From Myxococcaceae bacterium (lineage in GTDB: Bacteria > Myxococcota_A > Polyangia > Polyangiales > Ga0077539): a stretch of 44,896 bases of DNA. A program made the position numbers and the translations under genes. Positions 29,964 to 37,910 of this stretch are shown here, piece by piece. Position 1 is the stretch's first letter. Every line of letters starts with the position of its first letter. The notes under the pieces were generated by a model. The model was not told where the DNA came from. It worked only from the letters and a program-made list of their open reading frames with translations, and did not search any database. The stretch lies in NCBI GenBank assembly GCA_028287085.1, contig JAQBQI010000389.1, forward strand, positions 1 through 44,896. Reading direction: 5' to 3'.

Positions 29964-31208
29964 CTACTGAGGTCGCAGCGTGAAGTTCCACCGCCCGCTG
30001 CCGCATGCGCGCGAGCCGCCGCCGGACACGAACGTCTCCCTCACGAACGCGAGCGTGATGTCCTCGCAGATCGCGTCGGCGCCAGCGACGTCACGGTCCT
30101 TGAACACCGTCGGCACGCCCGCCATCAACATGCCGGCGGTCACGGCTGGCAACGCGTAGCTCCACCTCGGCGCGTAGGTGTCGCTCGCGTCGGGGGTGCA
30201 GTTCTGCCGGCCGTTGTAGGTGACGCACACAAACGGATCCGGCGCCCCACCGAGAGAGTCCCAGCTGCCGCCGGTTCCGGTGCGCTCAGCGACGGTCCCG
30301 TCCGTGACGGTGATGATCCAGGCCGAACCGGGCACGACGTCGCACATGCCGCTGCGACCGCATTCGAAGCCGCGGCTGCAAGCGCTCCCGCAGGTCCCGC
30401 CGCAGCCGTCCGGTCCGCAGTTTCGCCCGGTGCAGTTCGGCGTGCAGATGCACCGCCCCACGGTCGAGCACGGCTGCCCGCTCGGACACGGCCCGCAGGT
30501 CCCTCCGCAGCCGTCGGGTCCGCACGTCCGACCTGTGCATCGCGGCGTGCACACGCACTGCCCGAGCATACACGTCGAGCCCGCTGGACAGGCGCCGCCG
30601 AGTGAACCGCAGGTGCGTCCGTCGCAGTACAGTCCGGGGTCGTCCCCGCATCGCCGCGACCCGCACTCCGAGCGGCACGTCATCGACGGGTTCATTTCGA
30701 CGCACCGCCCCAGTGGATTGCACGCCTGCCCGCTCGGACAGGCACCGCTGTTCGTCCCGCAGACCCTCCCCTCACAGTTGGTCCCTGGATCCGATCCGCA
30801 CTGCCGTGCCTCGCACGCCGACTGGCAGGTCGGCGCCGGCGGTACGCACAGGCCCCGCAAGCACTTCAAGCCGTTCGAGCAGGTACCGCACGACGCGCGA
30901 GAGCCATCGACTCCGCATGGCCGCGTCGCGCAGTCGTTGTCGCCGCAGCGCCCGCACGGACTCCAGCGATGGTTCAGTCCGCAGGTCTGAAATCCGCCTC
31001 GGCCGTCGGCACATCTGCACGACCGAAGTCCCTCATCGTCGGCGCACGGCTCGCCCGGTTCCACCACGACCTCTGGTGCATCGCCGCCGGCGTCCATCGT
31101 CAGGAGCGGAACCGGTGCACATCCCACCGACCACACACTCATGCACCACACGCCGAACCAGACGAGCCACCACCCGCGCGTCCTCGTCGCCGTGCTCACG
31201 TTGACCAC
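29964..31208 (-). CDS. secreted Cys-rich repeat lipoprotein with a C2-like C-terminal domain
   Basis: GTG at 31208 has GGGGAAG 5 nt upstream. The signal/lipobox-like N-terminus is TRTRGWWLVWFGVWCMSVWSVGC. There are five Cys-rich modules (for example CTGRTCGPDGCGGTCGPCPSGQPCSTVGRC). The C-terminal ~130 aa contain DPFVCVTY...DTYAPRW, reminiscent of C2 domains. The start is uncertain (the ORF opens at 31448). Confidence 0.7.
   Translation of the reverse strand: MVNVSTATRTRGWWLVWFGVWCMSVWSVGCAPVPLLTMDAGGDAPEVVVEPGEPCADDEGLRSCRCADGRGGFQTCGLNHRWSPCGRCGDNDCATRPCGVDGSRASCGTCSNGLKCLRGLCVPPAPTCQSACEARQCGSDPGTNCEGRVCGTNSGACPSGQACNPLGRCVEMNPSMTCRSECGSRRCGDDPGLYCDGRTCGSLGGACPAGSTCMLGQCVCTPRCTGRTCGPDGCGGTCGPCPSGQPCSTVGRCICTPNCTGRNCGPDGCGGTCGSACSRGFECGRSGMCDVVPGSAWIITVTDGTVAERTGTGGSWDSLGGAPDPFVCVTYNGRQNCTPDASDTYAPRWSYALPAVTAGMLMAGVPTVFKDRDVAGADAICEDITLAFVRETFVSGGGSRACGSGRWNFTLRPQ
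30387..30525 (-). repeat. in-frame 105-bp tandem coding repeat within the Cys-rich lipoprotein gene
   Basis: cccgcaggtcccgccgcagccgtccggtccgca at 30387 recurs with three mismatches at 30492 (105 bp = 35 codons). These encode the two CGPDGCGGTCG modules. Confidence 0.7.
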
Positions 31209-31432
31209 CCGGACTTCCCCCAGCGCGGTCGACCTTCGTCGCCACGACCGCCCATCGCCGACCGGGCGTTGCTCGCCGTCGTCACCCATCGTCGCGTCCA
31301 CTCGTCCCTCCTGGCGTTCGCCCGCGCCTCCCCCGACGAAGCGCTCCATGCGCTCGCCGTCGGCCTGCTGGCGCGGGCAACCATAGACCACGGCGTCTGT
31401 TACGCAACAACTCTTGGTGACCACGATCGCGC

Positions 31433-32284
31433 GTGCGGAGGAAGCCAACCACGCGTGATCCGCTCTACCGGTCGCGCGAATACCTGGACCTCGTCGGACG
31501 GGTCGCGACCAACCTCCGCCAGCTCCGCCAGCTTCGTGGCTGGACGCAGGAAGACGCCGCCACCCGCTGCGGCCAGCTGTCGGTCTACGTCCTGCGGCAG
31601 ATCGAGAGCGCGCAGACCAACGTGACGGCCGTGACCCTCGCCCGCCTCAGCGCGGGATTCGGCGTGGACGTCGCGGCCTTTCTCGTCCCGGCACCGACTC
31701 CCACGCGGCGGGCTCCGGGCAGGCCAGCCGGCGTCCCGCGGGTGTCGTCGGCGGACCTGGCACCACCACCGAGGCGACGCAAAGGAGATGTCGGGGCCCA
31801 AATCGTCGCGCCCTCGCCCCACGAGGCCACGAACCCTGCGACCCACGAGGGGGCGACGTCGTCGTCCGTCGATGCATCGCCGGGGTTGCACGCCGTCGCT
31901 CCGAATCTTCCAGAGCGCATCGACGATTCGGCCACGACCCGGTCTGCCGCACAGATCGGTGCGTCCACACGCCTCGTCGCGACGGCGTTCGTGGTGCCGA
32001 CGTACCCTTCGGCGCGAACGCAGACCTTCACGCTCCCCGAGCTCCGTGACTTCATCGCGACCGTGCTCGCTGCCAATCCCGGCGGGCTCACCGCGAGCGA
32101 GCTGCTCCACGCAGCGCGTACCTCCGGACAGGAACGCCTGCTCGCCAACAACCTCCACTACGCCCTGCACCACCTCGTTCGAAGAGGGTACGTCCAGCGA
32201 ACGGGGAGCCGCGGCAGCTACCTGCACCAGTGGCTAGGGACGGCTCGCGCCGGCTCCTCCGAGCACCGCACCCCCGCGACCTGA
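31433..32284 (+). CDS. XRE-family HTH transcriptional regulator with a winged-helix-like C-terminal domain
   Basis: HTH_3-like LRQLRQLRGWTQEDAATRCGQLSVYVLRQIESAQTNVTAVTLARLSAGFGVDVAAFL, a Pro/Ser-rich linker, and C-terminal LTASELLHAAR...LHYALHHLVRRGYVQR. GTG start at 31433. Confidence 0.8.
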   Translation: MRRKPTTRDPLYRSREYLDLVGRVATNLRQLRQLRGWTQEDAATRCGQLSVYVLRQIESAQTNVTAVTLARLSAGFGVDVAAFLVPAPTPTRRAPGRPAGVPRVSSADLAPPPRRRKGDVGAQIVAPSPHEATNPATHEGATSSSVDASPGLHAVAPNLPERIDDSATTRSAAQIGASTRLVATAFVVPTYPSARTQTFTLPELRDFIATVLAANPGGLTASELLHAARTSGQERLLANNLHYALHHLVRRGYVQRTGSRGSYLHQWLGTARAGSSEHRTPAT

Positions 32285-32385
32285 ACCGACGCCCCCGACC
32301 GCGGCTCGGTGATGGACATCGCCGGTGCGTGGGCGGTCGGGATGAGGTTGATTCGACCAGTCCATCCAGGCGTGGCACGTGCTTT

Positions 32386-32420
32386 TGTCACATCTGTCAC
32401 TTTCACCACTTCCACCTGGA
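32386..32420. repeat. iteron-like motifs upstream of the replication-like gene
   Basis: TGTCAC occurs at 32386 and 32395. This is followed by CACTTTCACCACTTCCACCTGGA (32398..32420), a compact version of the motif cluster at 34074..34166. Confidence 0.4.
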
Positions 32421-32430
32421 GTTGGCCACC

Positions 32431-34065
32431 ATGTCGTCCGCGTCGAAGCGCCTTACCACCACCAGGAAGAAGCCCGCGGTGTCGTCCAGTCCTCGCGCTC
32501 ACCCGCGGCCCCGCCGCCCGCCGCCTGTGGCCGTAGCGGGAGCGTCGGATCGTCCGGTCGCCCGCGAGATCATCGTCACCTTCGACGAGGAGGCCGTCGC
32601 CAACGAGGGCATCGCCGCGCTCGCGACCTGCCCCGAGGTCTTCACCCACGCGGGCCACCTCGTCTCCCTCGTTCCCAGCGCGATTCCCGGGACCGCGCTC
32701 GGTCGCTCTTCGCCGGTGCTGCGCATCGAACGACTGCCGCTGCCGCGTCTCCGCGAGTTATTGAGCCGGTCAGCCCGCTGGCTGGTGCCGAGATCCGACG
32801 ACCCAGGCGATCAAATCGTCAGCCAGGTTCCGCAGCGGATCGTGGCGGGCATCGCCGCGCGGCGCGACTGGCCCGGTCTCCGTCCGCTCGCCGGCCTCGT
32901 CGTGACCCCTGTCCTTCGGCCCGACGGCACCGTCCTGCGGACCGCCGGCTACGACCCCACGACCGGTCTCTACCTCGCACCCAACGCCCAGTACCCCCCG
33001 ATCGCCACCCGGCCGACCAGGGCCGAGGCGCAAGCCGCCGCGGCGATGCTCAACGGGGTCGTCAACCACGTGCCCTTCGCGACGCCGGGCGACCGCGCGG
33101 CATGGGTTGCGATGGTCGCCTCGATCTTCGCGCGCTTCGCGGTCGGCGCAACCTCGCCGCTGTGCATCGTCGAGGACACGCGCGCCGCGCGATGGGGAGA
33201 CGAGCTGGTCGATCACCTCGTCGCGATCGTCGGCGCCGATCAGGTAGCCTCCATCGACGCCGAGGACGTGGGTGCCGCGCCTCGTCGGCTGCTCGACACC
33301 CTGCTCGCGAACGGCGAGTCCCTGGCGCTCCTGAACAACCGCTCGTCGCACACGCCGACCGATTGGAAGCGCCTCCAGGATGCGCTGCATCGCGCGCATG
33401 CAACCCACGGCGTCGTCTGGTGCGCCTCGATTGTTCGGGCGCCCCGCGACCGTGACCGTCCCCGCGCGGGCCTCTCGATCCGTTGCGATGGGGCGGATCT
33501 CTTCATCAAACAGGATGCGCCGCGACGACCGCTGGGCGAGCCCTCCGACGGACCCTCGGTTCGCCTCGCCTCGGCGGCGCTCACCCTGCTCCGGGCCTAC
33601 CAGGCTGCGGGTTCGCCCTACGTGCATCTACCTCGCTGGCCCGGCTTCGAGCGGTGGTCCCGGTTCGTGCGCTCGGCCGTGGTCTGGAGCGGGTGCGACG
33701 ACCCCGTCGTGACGGAGGTCGCCCCCCACGACCAGCAGCCTGCGACGGAGGCTGCGAGCGCCGACCTGGTCCGCGGCTGGTCGGAGTTGGTGATGGACCA
33801 TCCCGGTGGCTGCAGCGCGAGGCAGGCGCTCGACGCGCTGAAGCGTCAGCCGCCGACGAAGTACGCTCACCTGCGGGAAGCGTTGAAGGTCTTCGCGCCG
33901 GGTCCGCTCGACGATCGCAGCACGGCCGACCGCCTGGGCCGCTGCCTGACCCGGCTCCGCGACGTCGAGCACCACGGGTACGCTCTCGTCTTCGTGGCCA
34001 GCGGAAACCAGGGCAACCGATGGACGGTGCGACCGACGACGACGGCCCGGAGGAGCGAACGGTGA
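32431..34065 (+). CDS. putative replication-associated protein of the integrative element (function uncertain)
   Basis: ATG at 32431 (MSSASKRL) with high GC3. The block LAGLVVTPVLRPDGTVLRTAGYDPTTGLYLAPN resembles, from memory, a conserved block in primase/helicase-associated proteins of integrative elements. No intact Walker A is seen at the expected place (SPLCIVEDTRAARWGDELVD). Confidence 0.6.
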   Translation: MSSASKRLTTTRKKPAVSSSPRAHPRPRRPPPVAVAGASDRPVAREIIVTFDEEAVANEGIAALATCPEVFTHAGHLVSLVPSAIPGTALGRSSPVLRIERLPLPRLRELLSRSARWLVPRSDDPGDQIVSQVPQRIVAGIAARRDWPGLRPLAGLVVTPVLRPDGTVLRTAGYDPTTGLYLAPNAQYPPIATRPTRAEAQAAAAMLNGVVNHVPFATPGDRAAWVAMVASIFARFAVGATSPLCIVEDTRAARWGDELVDHLVAIVGADQVASIDAEDVGAAPRRLLDTLLANGESLALLNNRSSHTPTDWKRLQDALHRAHATHGVVWCASIVRAPRDRDRPRAGLSIRCDGADLFIKQDAPRRPLGEPSDGPSVRLASAALTLLRAYQAAGSPYVHLPRWPGFERWSRFVRSAVVWSGCDDPVVTEVAPHDQQPATEAASADLVRGWSELVMDHPGGCSARQALDALKRQPPTKYAHLREALKVFAPGPLDDRSTADRLGRCLTRLRDVEHHGYALVFVASGNQGNRWTVRPTTTARRSER

Positions 34066-34073
34066 ACCCCCAA

Positions 34074-34166
34074 GTGGAAGTGGAAATGCTTGACTTCAAG
34101 CACTTTCACGAAAGCTTCCACGACCTGGAACCACTTCCACAAGACTTCCATCGATCTTCGGTGGAA
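34074..34166. repeat. iteron cluster (GTGGAA/TTCCAC) downstream of the replication-like gene
   Basis: Exact GTGGAA occurs at 34074, 34080 and 34161. Exact TTCCAC occurs at 34116 and 34135. Near copies are TTTCAC at 34104 and TTCCAT at 34146. The stretch is locally AT-rich in a ~70% GC context. Confidence 0.45.
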
Positions 34167-34258
34167 GCGACGATCCTCCGCCCATGAACCCTCGTGGACC
34201 GACGCGGACGACACGGCGGCTCTCCGCCCCTCGCGCCCGCGCTCATCCTGCCGGGCCC

Positions 34259-35815
34259 CTACAGCCGAACGACCTTCACCGCTCGCCCGCCTGCCGTGGT
34301 GACCGCCTCGACGGCCTGTCGCCCGGGTAGCTCAGGGACGTTCTTCCGCTGATCGAAGAGCACCAACCACCCCTCCGCCACGCCCATCCGCGCGAGGTAC
34401 CCGTCGAGTTGCGTGAGCCCGTCGATCGTTGGGTCCTTCGCCTTGTCGGCGTCGCGCCAGGTCTTGACCTCGATGCCGAGCCGCTCGCCCCGATACGCCA
34501 CGCAGAGGTCGAGCCGCTTCGAGCCGATGGCGTACTCGCGCTCGATCCGCCCGCCGCCATTCACCACCCGGTGCAGGAACGCCATCATCACCAACTGCGG
34601 CGCCGCCTCGTTGTACGGCGAGCTCGCGAGCAACGCCTCGCCGTGCTGCACCCAGAACGCAACGAAGGCCTCCAGCAGCCGATCGAAGTCCATGCGCCCG
34701 TCCGCCGCGAGCCACGTCGGCGCCATCACCGGCAGCGACGCGCGCATCGTCACCGTGAGCTGCCGCGCGATGATCTCGCGGTAGATCGGGTTGGCCACCT
34801 CGACACCGCCGTCGGCGCGCTCGCGCACCAGCCCGAGGTCGAGCACGAAGCGCAGGTCGTCGGGCGCGAGCGCCGCCAGCGACTCCCCCTGGATCATCGG
34901 CTCGATCACCGCGCGCACCCGCGGGTCGCGCAGCCGCTCGGCCAGCGAGTCCAGGTGCGTGTCCTGGCGATCGACGAGGACGTCGCGGGCGCGATCGATG
35001 TCGGCCGCGGTGACCGACACCGCGCGGTCGGGCTTCAGCTCCGTCGTCACGACGTACGCGAGCGCGTTGACCAGCCACGGCTGCCCATGCGTGTGGGCGA
35101 AGGCCTGCCGAAGCGCGTCGTCCTCGAAGCGTTGCCCCGTATCGGCGGTGTGCTGCGCGTAGAGCTCGGCGACCTCGTCGGCCGTGAACTCGCGCATCGT
35201 CAGCGAGCGCACCTTGATGTTGAACGGCGACGCCGTGTGCAGGTGCTCGCTGCCGCCCGAGGCGACCTTGTAGTCGCGCACGTCTCGCAGCCCCACGAGC
35301 CCCAGCGCCCATGGGAAACCCTCCGGCCTCGAGCGATGCCCCGCGCGGAGCTGTCGCAGCACCGACAGCAGCACGTTGTCCCGCAGTGCGTCGATCTCGT
35401 CGAGGAAGACCACCAGCGGCCGTGCGCTCGACGCCGACCACGCCTCGAGCGCCGCGCCGATGCGCGACCCCGGCTGCGTGTCGGGCCACGGCGGCGGCTG
35501 CAGGTCGGCCGGGAGCTGGTGTCGCGCCGACCGGCGCCACTCGGCGAGGATCGCGTGCTCCGCGGCGCCGACGTCGTCGGGGAATGCGGCCCCGGTCTCC
35601 ATCGACACGAGCAGCGCTGCGTACCGGCCCTCGGCCGTTAGCCCCGCGCCGAGCGAGAGCAGCGCGGTGGTCTTGCCCACCTGCCGCGGCGCATGCAGGA
35701 CGAAGTACGCCTTCTGGTCGATCAGCTCGCGAACCTGCGGAAGCCGCCGATCGGGCGGCAGCATGTAGTGATCCGCGGGATCGCACGGACCGGCGGTGTT
35801 GAAGTGGCGGCTCAT
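34259..35815 (-). CDS. AAA-type ATPase with a C-terminal PD-(D/E)xK nuclease-like domain
   Basis: ATG at 35815. The N-terminal signature is MSRHFNTAGPCDPADHYMLPP, Walker A is LHAPRQVGKTT, and Walker B is LVVFLDEID. The C-terminal RIEREYAIGSKRLDLCVAYRGERLGIEVKTW fits D...E.K. The supplied ORF's 50-aa upstream extension lacks support. Confidence 0.85.
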   Translation of the reverse strand: MSRHFNTAGPCDPADHYMLPPDRRLPQVRELIDQKAYFVLHAPRQVGKTTALLSLGAGLTAEGRYAALLVSMETGAAFPDDVGAAEHAILAEWRRSARHQLPADLQPPPWPDTQPGSRIGAALEAWSASSARPLVVFLDEIDALRDNVLLSVLRQLRAGHRSRPEGFPWALGLVGLRDVRDYKVASGGSEHLHTASPFNIKVRSLTMREFTADEVAELYAQHTADTGQRFEDDALRQAFAHTHGQPWLVNALAYVVTTELKPDRAVSVTAADIDRARDVLVDRQDTHLDSLAERLRDPRVRAVIEPMIQGESLAALAPDDLRFVLDLGLVRERADGGVEVANPIYREIIARQLTVTMRASLPVMAPTWLAADGRMDFDRLLEAFVAFWVQHGEALLASSPYNEAAPQLVMMAFLHRVVNGGGRIEREYAIGSKRLDLCVAYRGERLGIEVKTWRDADKAKDPTIDGLTQLDGYLARMGVAEGWLVLFDQRKNVPELPGRQAVEAVTTAGGRAVKVVRL

Positions 35816-35985
35816 CGGCGGCGCAGCATAGCCCACGAGCCGGAGGCTCCCGGCGCTTCGTCGTTCGATGGCGGCGACGGTCCAGGACGCGCGCGACCGC
35901 CTCGCGAGAGGATCGCCTCGGCCGGGTGCAGCTCGTCGAAGTACCCGCGGGACGGCGCCATCCATAACCTATTGAAATCAGGCGA

Positions 35986-36263
35986 CTTACACTTCTCGTG
36001 AAAGTGATCTGTAAGTACCCGCACTCAGCTTTCAGGTCGCGGATCTGAAAGTGGGCGGCCGCCTCTCGCGAGCGGGTGACCTCGAAGGCAGGGTTGAGCC
36101 TCGAAGGCCAACGCGGGCTGGTGGTCGAGGACGTGACGGCGGTCCCAAGAGCGGGACGGCGATCGCATGAAACCGGCTTGCGAGCAGCACGATCGCGCAC
36201 TTGTGCGACGGCCGGCGTGGCTCCGGTCGGGCAAACGTAAGCCCTGGTGAAAGTCGTGTAAGT
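35986..36263. repeat. repeated motifs in a 584-bp intergenic region
   Basis: GTGAAAGT-GATC-TGTAAGT occurs at 35998..36016 and GTGAAAGT-CG-TGTAAGT at 36247..36263. There is an inverted ACTTACAC at 35986..35993. CTTTCAG (36029..36035) and CTGAAAG (36045..36051) form a 7-bp inverted repeat with a 9-bp spacer. Confidence 0.4.
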
Positions 36264-36399
36264 CGTCCTGCAAGCGCCACCTCTTCGAGAGCCCCGCAGC
36301 GGATGACCCCGGCGCGGCCGGCACCCCTGATCTCCGGCAACGGCGGCACCGCGCGCATCAAGTTGGCACCTTGAGATTCGTCGGTCAGGAAGAGGGACC

Positions 36400-37374
36400 A
36401 TGACGAAACCCTCGCGTGACTCTCAACCTCCGACGACCTCACCCTCGGGATCCCGACGGCGCCTCCGCTTGAACGCGAGGTTGTCGGCGATGGGTGCCGC
36501 CCCAGCGCTGGGTGTGCCCGCCCCCATCGACGAGGCCTTCACCGAGACGCTGCAGCTCACCGCGAGGTCGCGCCTCGTGATCAGCACGACCGGCAACCTG
36601 TCGTCCTGGTGGACGCGGGTCGAGAGGCTCCGACGGGACGGCAGCTGGCAGGTCGATCCCTCTCCTGGTCTGCGCCTCGAGGACGTCCATGTGGATCAGT
36701 ACCGCGATCTCCTGGAGGCGCGCTTGCTGAGGGCCGGCGCGCTTCCACCCGCGGTCCCGTTGATCGCCCTCGCCGAGCGTCACGAGTGGGATGCGCGCAC
36801 CGGTGACCCGGACGCTCTCGTCATCGCGAGGGTGCTGCAGGCGCTGGCCTACGCCCTGCGCGACGATCCGGAAGTCGCCACCGAGTTCCTCAACTTCGCG
36901 CACGCGTACATGCTTCAGCGCCGCCCGCGCAGTGTTCCGCTGGGCTCGGGAGACCCGCGGATCAAGCGATCGGGACGGCGACCGGTCGCCGCGCACTGGC
37001 TCCTTCGGTGCGCCGAGCTCGCAATGCGCGCCCTGCCTGCGCGGCGCCGAGGAGGTCCGACCGAGGAAGAGCTCGGTGCGTACCTCGACGAGGCCGAGGA
37101 GATCGCCTGGGTGGTCGAGCATCTGTACCCGGCCATCTACCCAAGGGGGCACGTCGCGCAGGAGGAGGCGGTGAAGGTGCTCGCCGAGGCGTTGCGCGCC
37201 ATGACGAAGCGCGCTCCAGAAACCATCGCCAAGGCAGCGCTGCGGGCGTGCGGCATGTCCAGCAGGCAGGCGTCCGACACCTTCGGGTTCCTGGACAAGA
37301 AGACGAAGCGCAAGGCAGCCGCCGAGCCTCACGCGTCGCGAGCGCCTGCTGCTGCCGCGGAGCGGTCTCGGTGA
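36400..37374 (+). CDS. hypothetical protein
   Basis: 324-aa ORF. GGAAGAGGG lies 4 nt upstream of the ATG at 36400, and GC3 is high from about 36490 onward. I recognise no domain. Confidence 0.6.
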   Translation: MTKPSRDSQPPTTSPSGSRRRLRLNARLSAMGAAPALGVPAPIDEAFTETLQLTARSRLVISTTGNLSSWWTRVERLRRDGSWQVDPSPGLRLEDVHVDQYRDLLEARLLRAGALPPAVPLIALAERHEWDARTGDPDALVIARVLQALAYALRDDPEVATEFLNFAHAYMLQRRPRSVPLGSGDPRIKRSGRRPVAAHWLLRCAELAMRALPARRRGGPTEEELGAYLDEAEEIAWVVEHLYPAIYPRGHVAQEEAVKVLAEALRAMTKRAPETIAKAALRACGMSSRQASDTFGFLDKKTKRKAAAEPHASRAPAAAAERSR

Positions 37375-37547
37375 GAGTCCGATGACCCTGGCCGAGGTCT
37401 CATGCCTCTGCTCCGCTGCGGGACATGACCCGACCGAACACAGCGAGCAGCACCCCCGCAGAGGTCACGACGACCTCGGGCCGCGTCCGCTCCGGCAGGC
37501 CGATCGGCGGGGCTCGTGAACCGGTGGCTGGCGCCGCGACCGCGACG

Positions 37548-37910
37548 ATGGACGCACCCGTCGAGCCGCCGCGCTACCTCACGACGAAGGACATCAACGC
37601 GCAGGTGCCTGGCCGATCGCGGCGGTGGATCTACGATCACATCGCGAAGGCCGGGGGCGCGAACGGCTTGATCCGCGAAGACCACTGGCTCCGCTATCTG
37701 GAAAGGCTCGCAACGTGGCAACCCTCCGACGAAAAGGCCCCTACTGGTACCTCCGCGACCGCTCTGGCGGCAGCGACACCGAGATCGCGACCGGCTGCAC
37801 CGACCGCAAGGCGGCCGAAGTCTGGCTGCGCCAGTGGGAGCGCGACCGCGCCGACCCCGAGGGTGCTGCCCGTCGCGCGGCAGCGGCGAGCACGATCCAA
37901 GAGGCCGTAG
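37548..37910 (+). CDS. possible excisionase/AlpA-like HTH protein; 3' end unresolved
   Basis: MDAPVEPPRYLTTKDINAQVPGRSRRWIYDHIAKAGG...WLRYLERL resembles HTH_17/AlpA-type proteins. GC3 in this frame collapses after about 37715, where the integrase frame takes over, yet the first in-frame stop is at 37910. Confidence 0.35.
   Translation: MDAPVEPPRYLTTKDINAQVPGRSRRWIYDHIAKAGGANGLIREDHWLRYLERLATWQPSDEKAPTGTSATALAAATPRSRPAAPTARRPKSGCASGSATAPTPRVLPVARQRRARSKRP

Noticed and set aside
36100-36130. Possible second att copy (cggcggtc shared with the tRNA 3' segment)
   Set aside because: Only about 8-9 nt match, which is expected by chance in GC-rich sequence, and there is no extended identity with the tRNA T-arm/acceptor region.
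34332-36401. 689-aa minus-strand ORF overlapping the AAA/PD-(D/E)xK gene in another frame
   Set aside because: It is Arg/Ala/Gly/Pro-rich junk. The 34259..35815 frame has Walker A/B and nuclease motifs.
36032-36442. 136-aa minus-strand ORF inside the 584-bp intergenic region
   Set aside because: It has poor third-position GC bias, a Pro/Arg/Ser-rich composition and no start context, and it overlaps the better-supported start of the 36400 plus-strand gene.
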